Positions 18,902 through 32,903 of a stretch of DNA of 64,000 nt are shown here, in pieces (position 1 is the first letter of the stretch; every line of letters starts with the position of its first letter). Under the pieces are notes generated by a model, which did no database searches, was not told where the DNA came from, and saw nothing but the letters and a program-made list of their open reading frames with translations. The DNA is from the human T2T-CHM13v2.0 reference genome, Homo sapiens, in the NCBI RefSeq assembly GCF_009914755.1, contig NC_060941.1. One strand, given 5' to 3'. The translations under genes were made by a program, and so were the position numbers.

Positions 18902-20354
18902 AAGAAAGGACCACTGGACTGGCCCAGCAGAGGTCACCTTGACTTTACAGTGTCCAATTATAGTACAAGGTGCGGTCAAGCACCAGCTTACAGGAAGGTG
19001 AGACAATGTCGGTGTGGCCCAGCCAAGGGCTTAGCTGGGAAATTGCCAGGCATCTCAAGGCAGCATCGGGGCTGAGGAAACAAGACCCACCCTTCCTTCC
19101 TTCTAGAGGTGGCCTTCATCTCAGAGTTTCCATAGAAACCTAAAATCTGGTTTTCGTAGAAAGTTGAAGGTCTTGAAGCGTATTATCTAGGAGTTAAGAA
19201 TGGGGGTTTCCTCTAGGCTTCTGGTTCCAGAGAACAATATTGGGAAGTTATAACGTCCCATTGATCTAAATTCAAATCAGAATGAGAACATCAAACCAAT
19301 CTTTTCTTATCTTACCACCCATTTCCACTCTCATTTTAAAGCAAAAGAATTCAATCCTATTTATTTAACAGCAAAATGAGGAGTGCCCTTTTTTCGGGTT
19401 TCATAGTTGTTACCATGTGCCCAGCTCCCTGGTCTCTTCAGCCTTTAAACTGTCATTGTCCTGCCCTCCATGAATATTTCCTAAAATGACCAATATGGGA
19501 CTTTTTTTTTCTTTTAGGATTTTTCTTAGTTCAGTGTGTTTAAAGAATGGGTTTGCCCTCCCAAAGAGTTGCCAGTAGTAATGGGTATGTTTTGGGTCTG
19601 AGTGTGTGTGTGTGTGTTTGGACACAATAAGATGGTTTGAGTACACTGGGTATACAGCCCCATGCGTAAGGGGTCCATTATCTAATAGGTATGCATGCAA
19701 ATTATATGCTTCTACCTATTCCTTCTGTCAGAAAAACCAGTACAGCTCTGTCTCCCCCACTGCTCCTAGATTCTAGGATTTTAGCTCTTGCAAGAACCTT
19801 GGAAATCTTTCCAGAAACCTCATTTTGCAGACGAGGAGATTGAGGCATAGAAAGAAGGATTTGCCTGTGGTTACCTAGCTGATACCCAAACCCCTTCTGA
19901 GGCTCTTCTCACTGCAGCGCTCTGTGCCCCAGGTGTCAAGAGTCACCATTCCATTCCAACCTTAGGCTGCCATCCTGGGAACTGCAGAGAATCTCAGGCA
20001 CCGAAGAATGGGGCCAATCTATCTCTTCAGGAGTTCTTGATTCTCCCCCGTGTTCTTCCACCTCCCTCCCTCAACCATCTCCACCCTTCAGTGGCTGTAA
20101 GACATGGCAGGACCAGGCTGGCTCAGCCGCATGGTCAAGCAAGGATGCCTGTGCGTGGCCCCTGCGTAGTCCGGCTTGGTCAGGGTTGACCCTTGGGGCA
20201 GCGCTGCCTTCCTGGAGGAGCTGGTCTAGCCGGCAGGCCCACACAGGGAGGAGCACGTTGTCCTGCCCTGACCTTCTATCTGACGCCGTGGCCTCCTGTG
20301 TGGGCTTCTTGAGTTCTGGAGGACCTTGTCCCCTGACTGTCTTTGTTTTTGCAG

Positions 20355-20528
20355 CTTGTGGACTACCGGGCAGAGTTCAGCAAATGGTGGCTGACTGAGT
20401 TCAAAACAGTCAAGTTTCCTTCCCAAGGAACCATCTTTGACTATTACATCGACCCAGAGACCAAGAAATTCGAGCCTTGGTCCAAGCTCGTCCCCCAGTT
20501 CGAATTTGACCCCGAGATGCCCTTGCAG
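20355..20528 (+). CDS. DNAH9: DNAH9 coding exon E (174 nt) [12 protein letters not shown]...[10 protein letters not shown]
   Basis: ttttgcag|CTT acceptor, CAG|gtgagt donor; phase 0 to 0. Confidence 0.95.
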
Positions 20529-21023
20529 GTGAGTGCAGCTGAGCAGCCGAGGACGTGCGTGCAGTTGCCCTCAAGGATCTGCAGTGGCTCCAGTAGCAGC
20601 CCCGCATGGCTATCTGAGCATTTGTCCTTGCTAGGAACTAGTCATCCCCAGCTCCATGACTTTGCAGAGGAGATGATGGGTGTAATGAAGTCACAGATTC
20701 TACTAAAGGCCAGGACATTTCCTCAAGAGAGGAGGAAATGGCAGGGGCAGAAGATTTTAAAATGCATTAGAGAGGCCACAGAGAAAGAGGCCCGGGTGGT
20801 AGAGGAGAGCGGGGAAGCTCTCTGCCTAACTGCGGGGAGCCCAGAGAGTGAGTCTGTAGAATGGTCCCACTGTGAACATCAGGGAAGATACTCCTGACCG
20901 GTGCTTATTTGGGGAGCTCCATCGTGACGGAATCCCCTGTTCTGAAATGCTTCGGAACGCCGCTGGTGCATCTGTTTCTCCCTAGAGCCCACCCTTGGCA
21001 GGCTTATTGTGCTCCCATTCCAG

Positions 21024-21231
21024 GCGTGTTTGGTGCACACGAGTGAGACCATCCGTGTGTGCTACTTCATGGAGCGGTTGATGGCGCGGCAGCGGCCTGT
21101 CATGCTGGTGGGCACGGCTGGCACTGGCAAGTCGGTGCTGGTGGGAGCTAAGCTGGCCAGCCTTGACCCCGAGGCATACCTGGTGAAAAACGTGCCATTC
21201 AACTACTACACCACGTCAGCAATGCTGCAGG
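21024..21231 (+). CDS. DNAH9: DNAH9 coding exon F (208 nt), AAA3 Walker A GTAGTGKS
   Basis: ttccag|GCG acceptor, AGG|gtaagc donor; phase 0 to 1; RPVMLVGTAGTGKS. Confidence 0.96.
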
Positions 21232-22519
21232 GTAAGCAGCCCAGGGCACCTGGGGTGGGGGGCATCTGGGTGGCCGTGTCACCTGACACAGAGCTGAAGC
21301 CAAGCGTCAGGTGCCTGCCTGACTTGAGTTCTGCATACCCCAGCACTGCGCACTTCCTCCCACACGCCCCTTCTCACCTCTCCCTACACACCTCTTTCTG
21401 GCTCCTCCAGCACCCCTTAGCACTGCTTCTGGTCTTTCTTTCTACATTCCTCCCTGGTCTGTTAAATTCCTCAAGAGCAAGGTGTTCAACACAGAGCAGT
21501 TCAGCACCTTGATGACAAAGAGAGCTACAAGCCATGGAGAGATTTGCAAGAACTTGCAGACTTCCGGCACTGAAAGTATCTCTAGAGATCATTTAATTCA
21601 TCTCTCATATGTTATGGGTGGGGAAACTGAGGCTCAGGTAAAAGGATGTGATTGCCCAAAGTCACCACCAAGTGGTGAGGCAGGCATGACACATCTGGTC
21701 TGACTCCACCTGGGGCTTGCTTTTCCCCGGTGTTTACACACAGAGCTCCCAAATAGACATGGGCCACCGGTGATGTTTTCCCCTTGCCAGAGTCTCTCTC
21801 CCCTTAACTCATTTACGACACAGTCTCCTTTTTTATGGAAACAACACATTAACTAAAACAGCTTTGTTTTGGAGAAGCTTCCAAGCCATTCTTCCAACAA
21901 AATGAGGGGAGAGGCAGGGCTGGGGAGAAACCCTGTTCTTACTTCCCAAACACCGACAGCCTTGTCCCACTCTGTTACTTGGTCTGAGCTTTCCCAGGTG
22001 ACACTGCAGTGCCTCCCCACACCTAGATATGAGCTGTTTGCAGCTGGATAAGTTAGGAGCCATAGCTTATAATGTGAAAAGTGAACCTGGCACTCTCGTT
22101 ATCCGCTACATCACCCAGGCCTTAGGCCAGCAGGCTTGCAAAGCAGGCTTCGTGGGCACCACCACTTGCTCCGCCATGACCATTTTACCCAGTCTTTCTG
22201 CCATCCCTGCCTGGTGTAAACCAGAGTCAGCCCGCGATGTTGCCTCTGCTGACACTCTGCTTTCCCCAGTGCCCCTGGGGGAATTCTTTCTGCAAAGTTT
22301 TGCCAGCTCTTGTAGGATTAGGATCTAGCCAACTCAAAATGCTGATGGGGGGGAGCACCACCTCTGCTCTCTGCCCCTCAGAGCAGCTAGGTGCCTGGAG
22401 CATGTGGACAGAGATTCCGGCTTCCCCCCACCCGCCCTTCGATGGCAGAGACTTCTTCACCTATTTCAAACTCACCTCTAGACTTCATCCACTGCTGAGC
22501 CAATCCCAATCCAGCAACT

Positions 22520-23415
22520 GACTGTAGTTCAGACATGAAAATTAACAAGTAAGACAAAATGAAGCAACAAAGATTTACATCAGAACTTTACTAGTTTGTC
22601 AAAGATGTAAACATCTTCTATTCAAGTACTGAAGGAATCGTTCTTCCATTTTTTGTGCTCTTCACAATGTCACAGCAACAAGCATGACATACTTTTAAGT
22701 ATAATCTGTATTATTAACATTTTCCTTATATTTTCACAAGTCTACAAAACAAATCAAACCCTGGTTTGTGGTGTTTGCCAATTTCCATGGTGTAAATACT
22801 CCCACCGTGGCCAATTGTAAGCTACCAATGCAATGTCAGTGAACAAGGAGTCAGGAAGAGATACACAGTAGCACACCATTATAAACATTTCCACTTCACA
22901 GATACAATGGATGAAAATAACCTCCAGTATACACATGATAGTAAATGTCATAAAATGTGATGAGTTTTGAATATTTATTACCATGATTTTCAATATAATT
23001 TACTTAATTTTAAGTTTATCTATACCTATTTATTTATTTATTTTTGAGATGGAGTTTCACTCTTTGTCACCCAGGCTGGAGTGCAGTGGCATGAGGCTTG
23101 GCTCACTGCAACCTCTGCCTCCCGGGTTCAAGCAATTCTCTTGTCTCAGCCTCCCAAGTAGCTGGGATTATAGGCACCTGCCAAGACACCCAGCTAATTT
23201 TTGGATTTTTAGTGGAGACAGGGTTTCACCATGTTGGCCAGGCTGGTCTCGAACTCCTGACCTCAGGTGATCCACCTGCCTCGGCCTCCCAAAGTGTTGG
23301 GATTACAGGTGTGAGCCACTGCAGCCAGCCTAATTTATTTTTTAATAATGGTCATGTTTAACAACCAGCTTGCACAATTCCCTTGGTTTCAATAATCAGC
23401 TCCAATAAACCACTG
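22520..23415. mobile_element. hAT DNA transposon (MER63-like) interrupted by antisense AluS (~23027-23330)
   Basis: ggtgtaaatactcccacc...agctaccaa and terminal accactg resemble recalled MER63 consensus. Confidence 0.6.
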
Positions 23416-23660
23416 GCTTAGTCCTTACTCCATGAGGCCTCAATACTATCATATCTTAACCTTCCATCAAGGCCGAAGCCATCACATCAGCACCTGGCAG
23501 TGGCCTTAAGCCGACTTCACCTGTCTGGCTAATTTAAATCTTAGCAGTTCGCTGTCTGCCTCATAGAATTCCTCTTTCTTGTTCAAATATGTACCCTTAT
23601 TTTCAAGCCTTGAGTCCAACAACTGATCAGATTACCAGCTCTGCCCATTTACCTCAATTC

Positions 23661-23975
23661 TTACTACTGTTACAACTACACTACTACTACTACTAATAAT
23701 AATAATAGCAACAACAACAACTGACATTTATCAAAGACTTATCAGGAGTGTGAATCTGACTTAGACTTTTACACTTTTCTCTTTTTTTACTTCTTAAATC
23801 TTGTACAGCCCTGTGAATAAGAATTTGTATTACCTTCATTTTATACATGAGAAAACTAAGGCACAGAGAAGTTAAACAAGCTACCTTATGACACACAGTA
23901 AGTTGGGGAGCCAAGGTTTGACCCCAGAGAGTCTGACTTCAGAGCCTGTGCTCTTAACCACTAGGCTATACTGCT
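23661..23975 (-). mobile_element. MIR with compound (TAC)n(TAA)n(CAA)n tail
   Basis: MIR core cattttatacatgagaaaactaaggcacagagaagttaa. Confidence 0.85.
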
Positions 23976-24374
23976 TCCCTGCTAAGAAAATACTTTGAAA
24001 GCTGCAATAAATATTCAACATTATTACTATTATCATTAGGAGTACTATTCAAGTATTCCAGAGGAATGTTTTTCTATTTAATTGATTTTCTATTTAAATG
24101 ATTTTCTATTTAATTTTACTAAATAGAATAAATTTAATAATTTATTCTAAAATTATTAAAATTAATAATCTAATAAAATTAAACAGAAAAAGTGATTTAA
24201 TTCTATTAAAGTGGTTTTATAATATTTTTAAAATATCCTTTAAATAGAGGGTAAACATTTGGAAGCAAGGAAGAGAAGATGAGTTTCTCACACTGCCCTG
24301 ACCTGTCATTCTCACTCTGGATCTCTCACCTAGAGGGCTTTCTCCTTCCCTCCTGTTAGAACACAGAGAATTCC

Positions 24375-24509
24375 TTTTTTTCTTTCTTGAGACAGAGTCT
24401 CGCTCTCTCACCCAGGCTGGAGTGCAGTGGTGTAATCTTGGTTCATTGTATCCTCTGCCTCCTAGGTTCAAGTGATTCTCCTGCCTCAGCCTCCCCAGTA
24501 GTGACTACA
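24375..24509 (-). mobile_element. Partial Alu (right arm)
   Basis: Antisense right-monomer consensus. Confidence 0.85.
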
Positions 24510-25756
24510 AAAAAATCTCAAAATGCTATTAAATAGGGCCGAGATGAAAACTGGCTCTCACTGTAGCTGAGCATTCACCAAAACCCAACACTTTCTGTTT
24601 CTTGTTAATTCCCTAATGGCCTCTTGGTAACGTTAGATCTTGAAGCCAACCCTCCTAGCACACTAAGGGATGGAGAAAGCTACTGTTCCATAACCTCTCC
24701 TGTCCAGAGGCAACCAGGAAATGGGGAGTCAGCCGAAGCCCAGAGTAGCAGCATATATGTTACAACATTCATGCAATAAAGCTCAGATCCTTAACTCTGA
24801 AAAATGCTGTATTCCCTTATGGGAACTTCCTTCCTCTTGCCTTGTTCACAGTGCAAACAATCTTGATTATTTGGGCTTCTTAGCCCAAGACATTTTAAGA
24901 GCAACAAAATGGCAGAAGAAAGGGTGTTACCAACGATTTAAAAAGTGACAGCTAGAAACCAGGTATCAAACAGGAATTTGGAGAATCAGCTGAATGTAAG
25001 AGAGATGTGTAAACTCAAAAGACAGCTGCTCTAGTATCATTCAATGAAGAGGCAAACTGTTGCACCTCCTTCATGAACCCGTTAACTCATTTTGCAGCCC
25101 AGTGTCTTAATCGTTATTTGCACTTGAGACCCTGTGTATTTAAGAAAAAGTTGGATGTGAGGTGGCATAGTCTGCTTGAAAGGACAGTTAGAACACCCAG
25201 ACAGATGTGCAAATTTATGTTTATAATGTGTCTGTAATGGTAAAAGGGGAGAAACAGCCTAATTGTCTGTATGATAGAATACTAAGCAATGTTGGAAAGA
25301 ATGAGAAAATTCTGTAGGCACTGAGTTGGAACTATTTCCAAAATTTTGTTGAGTGAGAAAAGGAAGATATAGAACAGTATATATAGCATGCTCCAAACTG
25401 TATCTTGTTTAAAAAGAAATATATAAAAATTTACTCACTTATATGATTTTTTAAAATATATATAATATATACACATACACATAATTTATGCTTATATAAA
25501 AACTTAGACAATCTCCAGAAGGACACAAAAGAAACACAGACAGCAGTTGTCCCTGGCAAGGGAAACTGACTGGGTGCTGAGGGTGGAATAGAGAATTATT
25601 TAAACCTTTTATGTTTAATTATAAAATATTTCAAACATGTACAAAAGTACAGAAAACAATATAACAGATGCCAGTGTAGCACTATCCAGATTTAACAGAT
25701 GCTAAAGTGTTAGCATTATGCTAAATGGAACTTAGCCTTATGAGTGCAGCTAATAA

Positions 25757-26063
<307 letters not shown>

Positions 26064-26258
26064 TTAAAAACAAGTACAGCTAATACACCACCCCTGTCGC
26101 TCCTTTCTCCTTCCTGCCCCTTATTAACTAGAGTACTAAACTCAATGTGTATCATTACAAGTTTACACTCTTGAAACAAATATGTAGCCATAAAATACAT
26201 AGTGTTGCATACTTAAACTTTAAATTTGCCATACTATACCTTTCTTTGGCAACTTACT

Positions 26259-26612
26259 TGCATTAGTCTGTTCTCACACTGCTATAAAGACATTCCCGAG
26301 ACTGGGTAATTTATAAAGGACAGAGGTTTAATGGACTCACAGTTCCATATGACTGGGGAAGCCTCACAGTCATGGTGGAAGGCAAAGGAGGAGCAAAAGC
26401 ACATCCCACATGGTGGCAGGCAAGAGCGTGTGTGGGGGGGAACTGCCATTTATAAAGCCATCAAATCTCATGAGACTTATTCACTATCATGAGACCAGCA
26501 CAGGAAACCCGTCCTCATGATTCAATTACCTCCCACTAGGTAGGACACGTAGGGATTATGGGAGCTACAATTCAAGATGAGATTAGGGTGGGGACACAGC
26601 CAACCCATATCA
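26259..26612 (-). mobile_element. THE1 solo LTR
   Basis: THE1 termini; 5-bp TSD TTACT (26254-26258, 26613-26617). Confidence 0.9.
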
Positions 26613-26759
26613 TTACTATTTTAATCATTGTCTTAATACATGCAGATCTATTTCATATATTTTCACTGCTGCATAGAATTCCATTGTGTGAATAAATCAC
26701 AGCTCATCCTTTCTCCTACTGAAAGGCAGCATAATCTTTTTACATTTTTTCTTTTCTAA

Positions 26760-27135
26760 AAAAAACTATATTGAGTTATAATCGACATACAATAAGCTGT
26801 ACATATTTAAGGTGTACAATTTGATACATTTCAAAATATTTATACATCATGAAATCATCATAATTGAAATAATGAACATAACCGTCACCTCCAAACGTTT
26901 CCTCACGTTCCTTTGTAATCCCTTCCTCCCAACGCCCCCCACCTGCCCTGTTTCAGACAACAACTGATCTGCTTTCTATCACTATAAATTAGTTTGCATT
27001 TTCTAGAAATTTATGTAATGGAGTCACAAAATGTGCACTCTCTTTTTGCCTGGCTTCTTTCACTCAGCATGATTTTGAGATTTATCCATGTTGTTGAGTG
27101 AATCAACAGTTCATTCTTTTCATTCTTGAATAGTA
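26760..27135 (-). mobile_element. L1MC/MD 3' end fragment
   Basis: ttgagttataatcgacatacaataagctgtacatatttaaggtgtacaattt. Confidence 0.7.
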
Positions 27136-27393
27136 AGATAAAGTATGTAAAACACTCAAAATGATTCCCAGCATACAATAAGTGCTTTGTAAATGGAAGC
27201 TGTTATTATAATCATATTAACAACATACTTCTCAAATTTAAGAATCTACATTGAACAGTAATTTCTAAGCCCCAACTTCCAAAAACAAAAAAACAACAAA
27301 AGCAAACCTTTTTTGCTTGAAAAATAAGTTTAACACAAGCTATGCTAAAACAGAAATAATGTTTTGGGAAAAAATATTCCAGCTTTCAAATAG

Positions 27394-27799
<406 letters not shown>

Positions 27800-28039
27800 A
27801 ATCAGATGTTCTTTTATAGAGGAGGCAGCTGGCTGATAATACCTGCATTTCTCCTCTCTTTCACTACATCCAGTTCTGGAGTCTCCATTGTATTTCTCTA
27901 AACATGGATTCAGAACTCCTTGATACCAGTGGGGGCTGTGCTTCCGACTTACAGTATGGATAGCACACACTTTAATGTTTACAGTTGGTCAACCCTTGTA
28001 CAAAGGGCTTTCCTCACCTTAGTTCTTTAATCCTCCCCA

Positions 28040-28430
28040 GCCTATGAAACTATTTCAGTATGGCTTTTGACCGCAAGTAGTGGAAAATCTGACGTTAGTG
28101 GCGTAAATATTCTGTTTTTTACAAGACAGGAATTCTGAAGGTGGGCAGTTGCTAATATCAGGTTAATGACAGTGATATCAATGCTAAGATATTTGCTGTT
28201 CTCTTGGCTGCTCCTTCAAGGTGGCAGAATGGCTGCTGTATCAGCCATCACATCTGCATTCAAAAAAAAAAAAAAAAGTGGTGGGGGAGATAGAGCCCAT
28301 GTCCTGACATGATAACTCTCCAGGAACTTTATAAACTTATGCCTATGTCTTCATGTTCAAAACTGTGCCACATGACCACCCCAGCTGAAGACTGCCTAAA
28401 GAGAAGGAGGTTGGAAATGGTGTCCAGCAC
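28040..28430. mobile_element. Old ERVL/MaLR-type LTR remnant (LTR33/MLT1-like)
   Basis: aatggctgctg...catcacatctgcattc...cacatgaccacccc motifs; degenerate. Confidence 0.4.
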
Positions 28431-29769
28431 AGATCTGATGATAGTCCCCATTTTAACAAGTTAATTAAATGAAGCTTAGAGGTGTTAAGGACTTATCTCA
28501 AAGTCATCCTATGAGTTAACACCAAAGCTGTCTAATTTCATGAAACTATGAAGACCTTCTACTTTGATAAGACTTTAAGTCATACATCTTAATTTTCATA
28601 ATAGAACGCCAACTCTGCTTCCACTCATCTGATATCTAGAGCATATGGATATCTTCTTCTGTGATAGTCAATATAATAGGCCCTTCCATCAGTCATTGAA
28701 AAAGTCAGCCTTCAATTGACTACTGGGTAGTCATGCACAAACCACAGGTTCATAACACTGACACCTCAAGCTGAGAGAGACAGAGATCTGTGTTCATTCT
28801 CCATTCCAGCAGTTTCTCTGAACTCCACAAACCTAGCTGTACTGCTTTCATTCCCTTCATTAAATTACAACATAATGGTCCGCCCTTGGGTTTTGTTGAG
28901 GGTTACTATAATAAAAGATAATTTTAAGTTATTTTTTATGCCTTCTGTAAAATCTCAGTTGAAGACCATTCTGTAGCCTGATATCTGTTTTATAAATATC
29001 TGTGATATATGCCTCCTAGAATTTGGTGCCTGCAAAATTTTTGGAGGAAAGAAGAGATGGCTCTGTACCAGTAACTTGAGTGAGATGACATGGTTATTGT
29101 AATTAAACACAGATTTAGTTCTGAGCTTTCAGGCAAGCAGTTCATAAAGGAAAATTTGAGATCAATTTTTATGTGTTTACAGTAACTATGTCATCCTACA
29201 TTACTAGTGTAATTAAGTTTCTTCTCATTCTGTATTGTTTAGCAATCCCTATTTAGTCTTTATTGTAATTGGTCTGTTTTATGTCTCTTTAAAGACTTTA
29301 AGTCTCTTCTTGTTCTTTTTGAAAATATAAATAATTTTTAAAACAAAAGAATTCATAAAGACCCACAAGACAGGATGGTTTAGAAGCAGGATAGTTTAGA
29401 AAAGTAGGAACAAAGAGCTTGGTTAAGGCATCAATGGGCTTATAGTTTTAGTGTACAGAGAGAAGGCCAAAGATCAAGCTCATCACAGTTCTGAATTCTC
29501 TTGCCATTTGCATTATTAGCTCAACAAATATTTGAGTGCTTAATTACACTAATTATATAGGAACTCAGATGTCTGAAACTTTATGTAAAATGAATCTCTG
29601 TAACCTGTTTATTATAAACCGCAAGGTTGGACAGAACCTTAAAAGATCTAATCAAATGTCCAATCTCAAAGGGCATTGTGCTTACAATTATTACAGAAAG
29701 ACAGCTCTCTCCCACCTAATACCTTTCACTTAATGACACAAATCATAGTGAAATCATCAAAGATTTATC

Positions 29770-30619
29770 ATCTAGTGAGGAAGACATTCTACTTGGAATT
29801 GTGGAAAGTTCAAATATAGTATAATGAAATTGAAGGGGATGGATGGGGTAATACACAAGATAATAAGTAAAGATATATTAGGAGGTAACAAGTGATGTAA
29901 AGAGACATGAAGCTGGGGCAGAGGATAGCAGGTGGGGCTTTGAACTTTAGGGCGCGTACCAGGGAAGACCTTACTGGAAAAATAGCACCTGGGTAAATAA
30001 ACACCTGCTGGGGTATGAGGGAGCAAACTGTGCTGGCATTTGGAAGAAGAGGATTCGAGGCAGAGGGTACAGCCAGAGCAAAGCCATGGGTCAGCGAGTG
30101 ACTCATGATCAGAAACAACTACTCGGGAGGCTAAGGCAGGAGAATTGCTTGAACCCAGGAGACGGAGGTTGCAGTGAGCCAGCCAAAACAGTGCCACTGC
30201 ATTCCAGCCTGGGCGACAGAGTGAGACTCCATCTCAAAAAAAAAAAAAAAAAAAAAAAAAAAGGGAAGAAAAAAAAGAGAAACGGGGTGCCTGGAGCAGA
30301 GCTTGAGGAGGAGAACAGGAGAGAAAAACAAAGATGCAAGTTTAGTGGAAGTCAACATACTGGCTTTTGCTCCAAGTGAGACAGGATGCCACTGGAGGGC
30401 ATAAAACAGGGGATGGGCGTGATCCAATTTACATTTTACAAGGGTATTCTTGTCTGCCGTTTTGAGAATATGGTGTAGGGAGTCTAGGGCAAAAGCTACA
30501 CATCTTACCATTTGGGAAGATGTGTAGTTACCAGGTGAGAGCAGATGGACAAGGAAGGCAGCAGTGGAGATGGCGAAAAGAGATAACAAATGGGAAGCCA
30601 CTTTGAAAATTAAATTGCA
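29770..30619 (-). mobile_element. L2 fragment with a 5'-truncated Alu right arm (~30116-30278, +)
   Basis: Purine-rich antisense L2 motifs (gcagagggtacagccagagcaaagcc; gccactggagggc). Confidence 0.7.
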
Positions 30620-30918
<299 letters not shown>

Positions 30919-32489
30919 TTAAATTGCCCTTCAAGTATAAGATGGCAGTGCAATAGTATCCAGAGAATGGCCATTCACCCTGGCGCAGCAGCTGACACGG
31001 GTCTGTGTGGCCAAAGACTGAACCCCAACCTGTTCCATACGGGTCTTGAGGAGAAATTCAGCCAGAATGTACAGACGACCTTGGGCCTGGGCTCCAGGTG
31101 TGGGCTTGAGTTTCCAGGCTTGTTGAGAACAGTCAGAACCCAGAAGTGTGGCGAGAGGGTCACATTTCTTTACATGTCTCATTCGTTCAGCTCCTTCAAC
31201 ATCAACACTTTTCCTGAAACTCAAACCCTCTTCTTCTCCTCCAATTCTACTTGGAAACAGAGTAGCTCACTGTAATTCCATCCTAGGTGTGACATGGAGC
31301 ACAGCATGGCCAAGAAGGGATCAACAATGTGCCTGTCTTTCCTGGTGGACCCTTTCTTTCTCTGGAGAATTTAGGATCATCTGCCTGAGATAATCCCGTG
31401 CGCTCCATGGCCACTTCTTGCTAACTGACATGGTTTTCTCCTCAACGATCCTTTTAAAGCATAAAGAGCTTAATCAACCCAAATTACAGGGTCTGCTTAA
31501 TTCCAGGGGTTGATTTGAATATCATTGCCTTGGGAGGAGGAGAAACAAGTCTTTCTAAGGAGAGAATTTCCTATTAGAAGAACTGTTCTCAAAAGCATGT
31601 CCTTGTCAACCCATGAATTATATTTCATTTTGACAGATCTCACATATAGTTGTTATATCTTTAGGGGGGAAGAAGGTGTTGTGTGATTAATTGGTTGATA
31701 GTGTATGTTAATTGGATGCTAATTAAATTTAAATTTAATTCATATTTGAAACACTTAATTTAACTCAGGACCAGAAAATTAGAATATTCGAGCTTCTTGA
31801 AGGAACTTGTCTATCTGTCACCTTCATATGTCTATTGACACTTTCTCCTTGTTTACAAACTTGTTTTTCAAGAGAAGAAATCAGATGGTTCTTAGAGCTT
31901 CCAGCTGTAACAGGAAGTGTTGGTTCTTGCAATTCATAAATATTTCATTGCTTTACTGGAAAAAGTACAGATATCTCCACCCTATTACTTAAGTTTGTTC
32001 TAAACAAGTCCTGTCATGCTGGAAAACTGCTGTTAGATCCTTCCTTTGGCTTGATAATTGAAGAAACCACTCCAGAAAAGAGTTTCTGCACTCTGTCTCC
32101 AGAAAGGCACCAAGGTGCTCAGATAGAGAGCCAGGAAACCTGAGAGCTGGGGAGGGCACCGTTCATGACACTGGAAGCATCTGGGAAATTCTCTGAGGCT
32201 GTTTTTTCTACATCCCACCAAGGAAAATCCCACGAGATGAACTCTCTGGGAACACTGTTGGCAAAACATCCATTGAGGCCTCTCTTACAGCCTCGGAGAG
32301 GAAAGGGCATCTACCCAGCCCTGGAAGGGGAGCGGCAGCCTTTATGCATTTTTGCTGCCTTTGGTAGAGAGGGCAACTCTACCCAGGATTCAACTATTCA
32401 TAAGCTTCCTTGGAGTAGAGTACCTGGCCTTGGGACTGTAAAGATATTTTCCATTTTTAGTATGTAAACAAAGAAAACTGGGGACCACA

Positions 32490-32700
32490 AGTATGACAGA
32501 AGAAGCATGGTCTTTGAGTTTTAACCACTGTGGTTTGTATCCAGCCAGTAAAGTTGCTGAGTTCTTTTGAGCCTTGGTTTCCTCATCTGTAAAATGGGAT
32601 AATACTAATCTCACAGTTATGTTATAAGGATTAAATGAGGTAATTAAGATGTCTAAAAACTTAGCACAGTGCACGTGGTGAGGTGTTCAGTCCCCATTAC
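32490..32700 (+). mobile_element. MIR
   Basis: gtttcctcatctgtaaaatgggataata core. Confidence 0.8.
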
Positions 32701-32903
32701 TGCCTAGTAATTTCAGTTTCACTTTCTGGTCCTGTAGAATGCCTGTTGGGAGCAGCAGTAGCTGTTATTATTGTTGTCTTTCGCGTTGCTGTTTTTTGCA
32801 CACATGAAGGCAGCACCATTGCTTCTCCTTGAAATCTTTGCTGTCTCAGTACTGGCATCTGAGATTTGAGCCGCCTTCCCTCACCGACTGGCTCTCTCCC
32901 CAG

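Noticed and set aside
20050-21400. Possible CpG-island internal promoter
   Set aside because: CpG enrichment is modest and mostly exonic; no core promoter cluster seen
20343-21512. 184-aa and 167-aa ORFs extending exons E and F; the E-F intron is 495 nt (multiple of 3)
   Set aside because: Dynein similarity stops at the GT donors, and the retained intron meets TGA at 20895-20897
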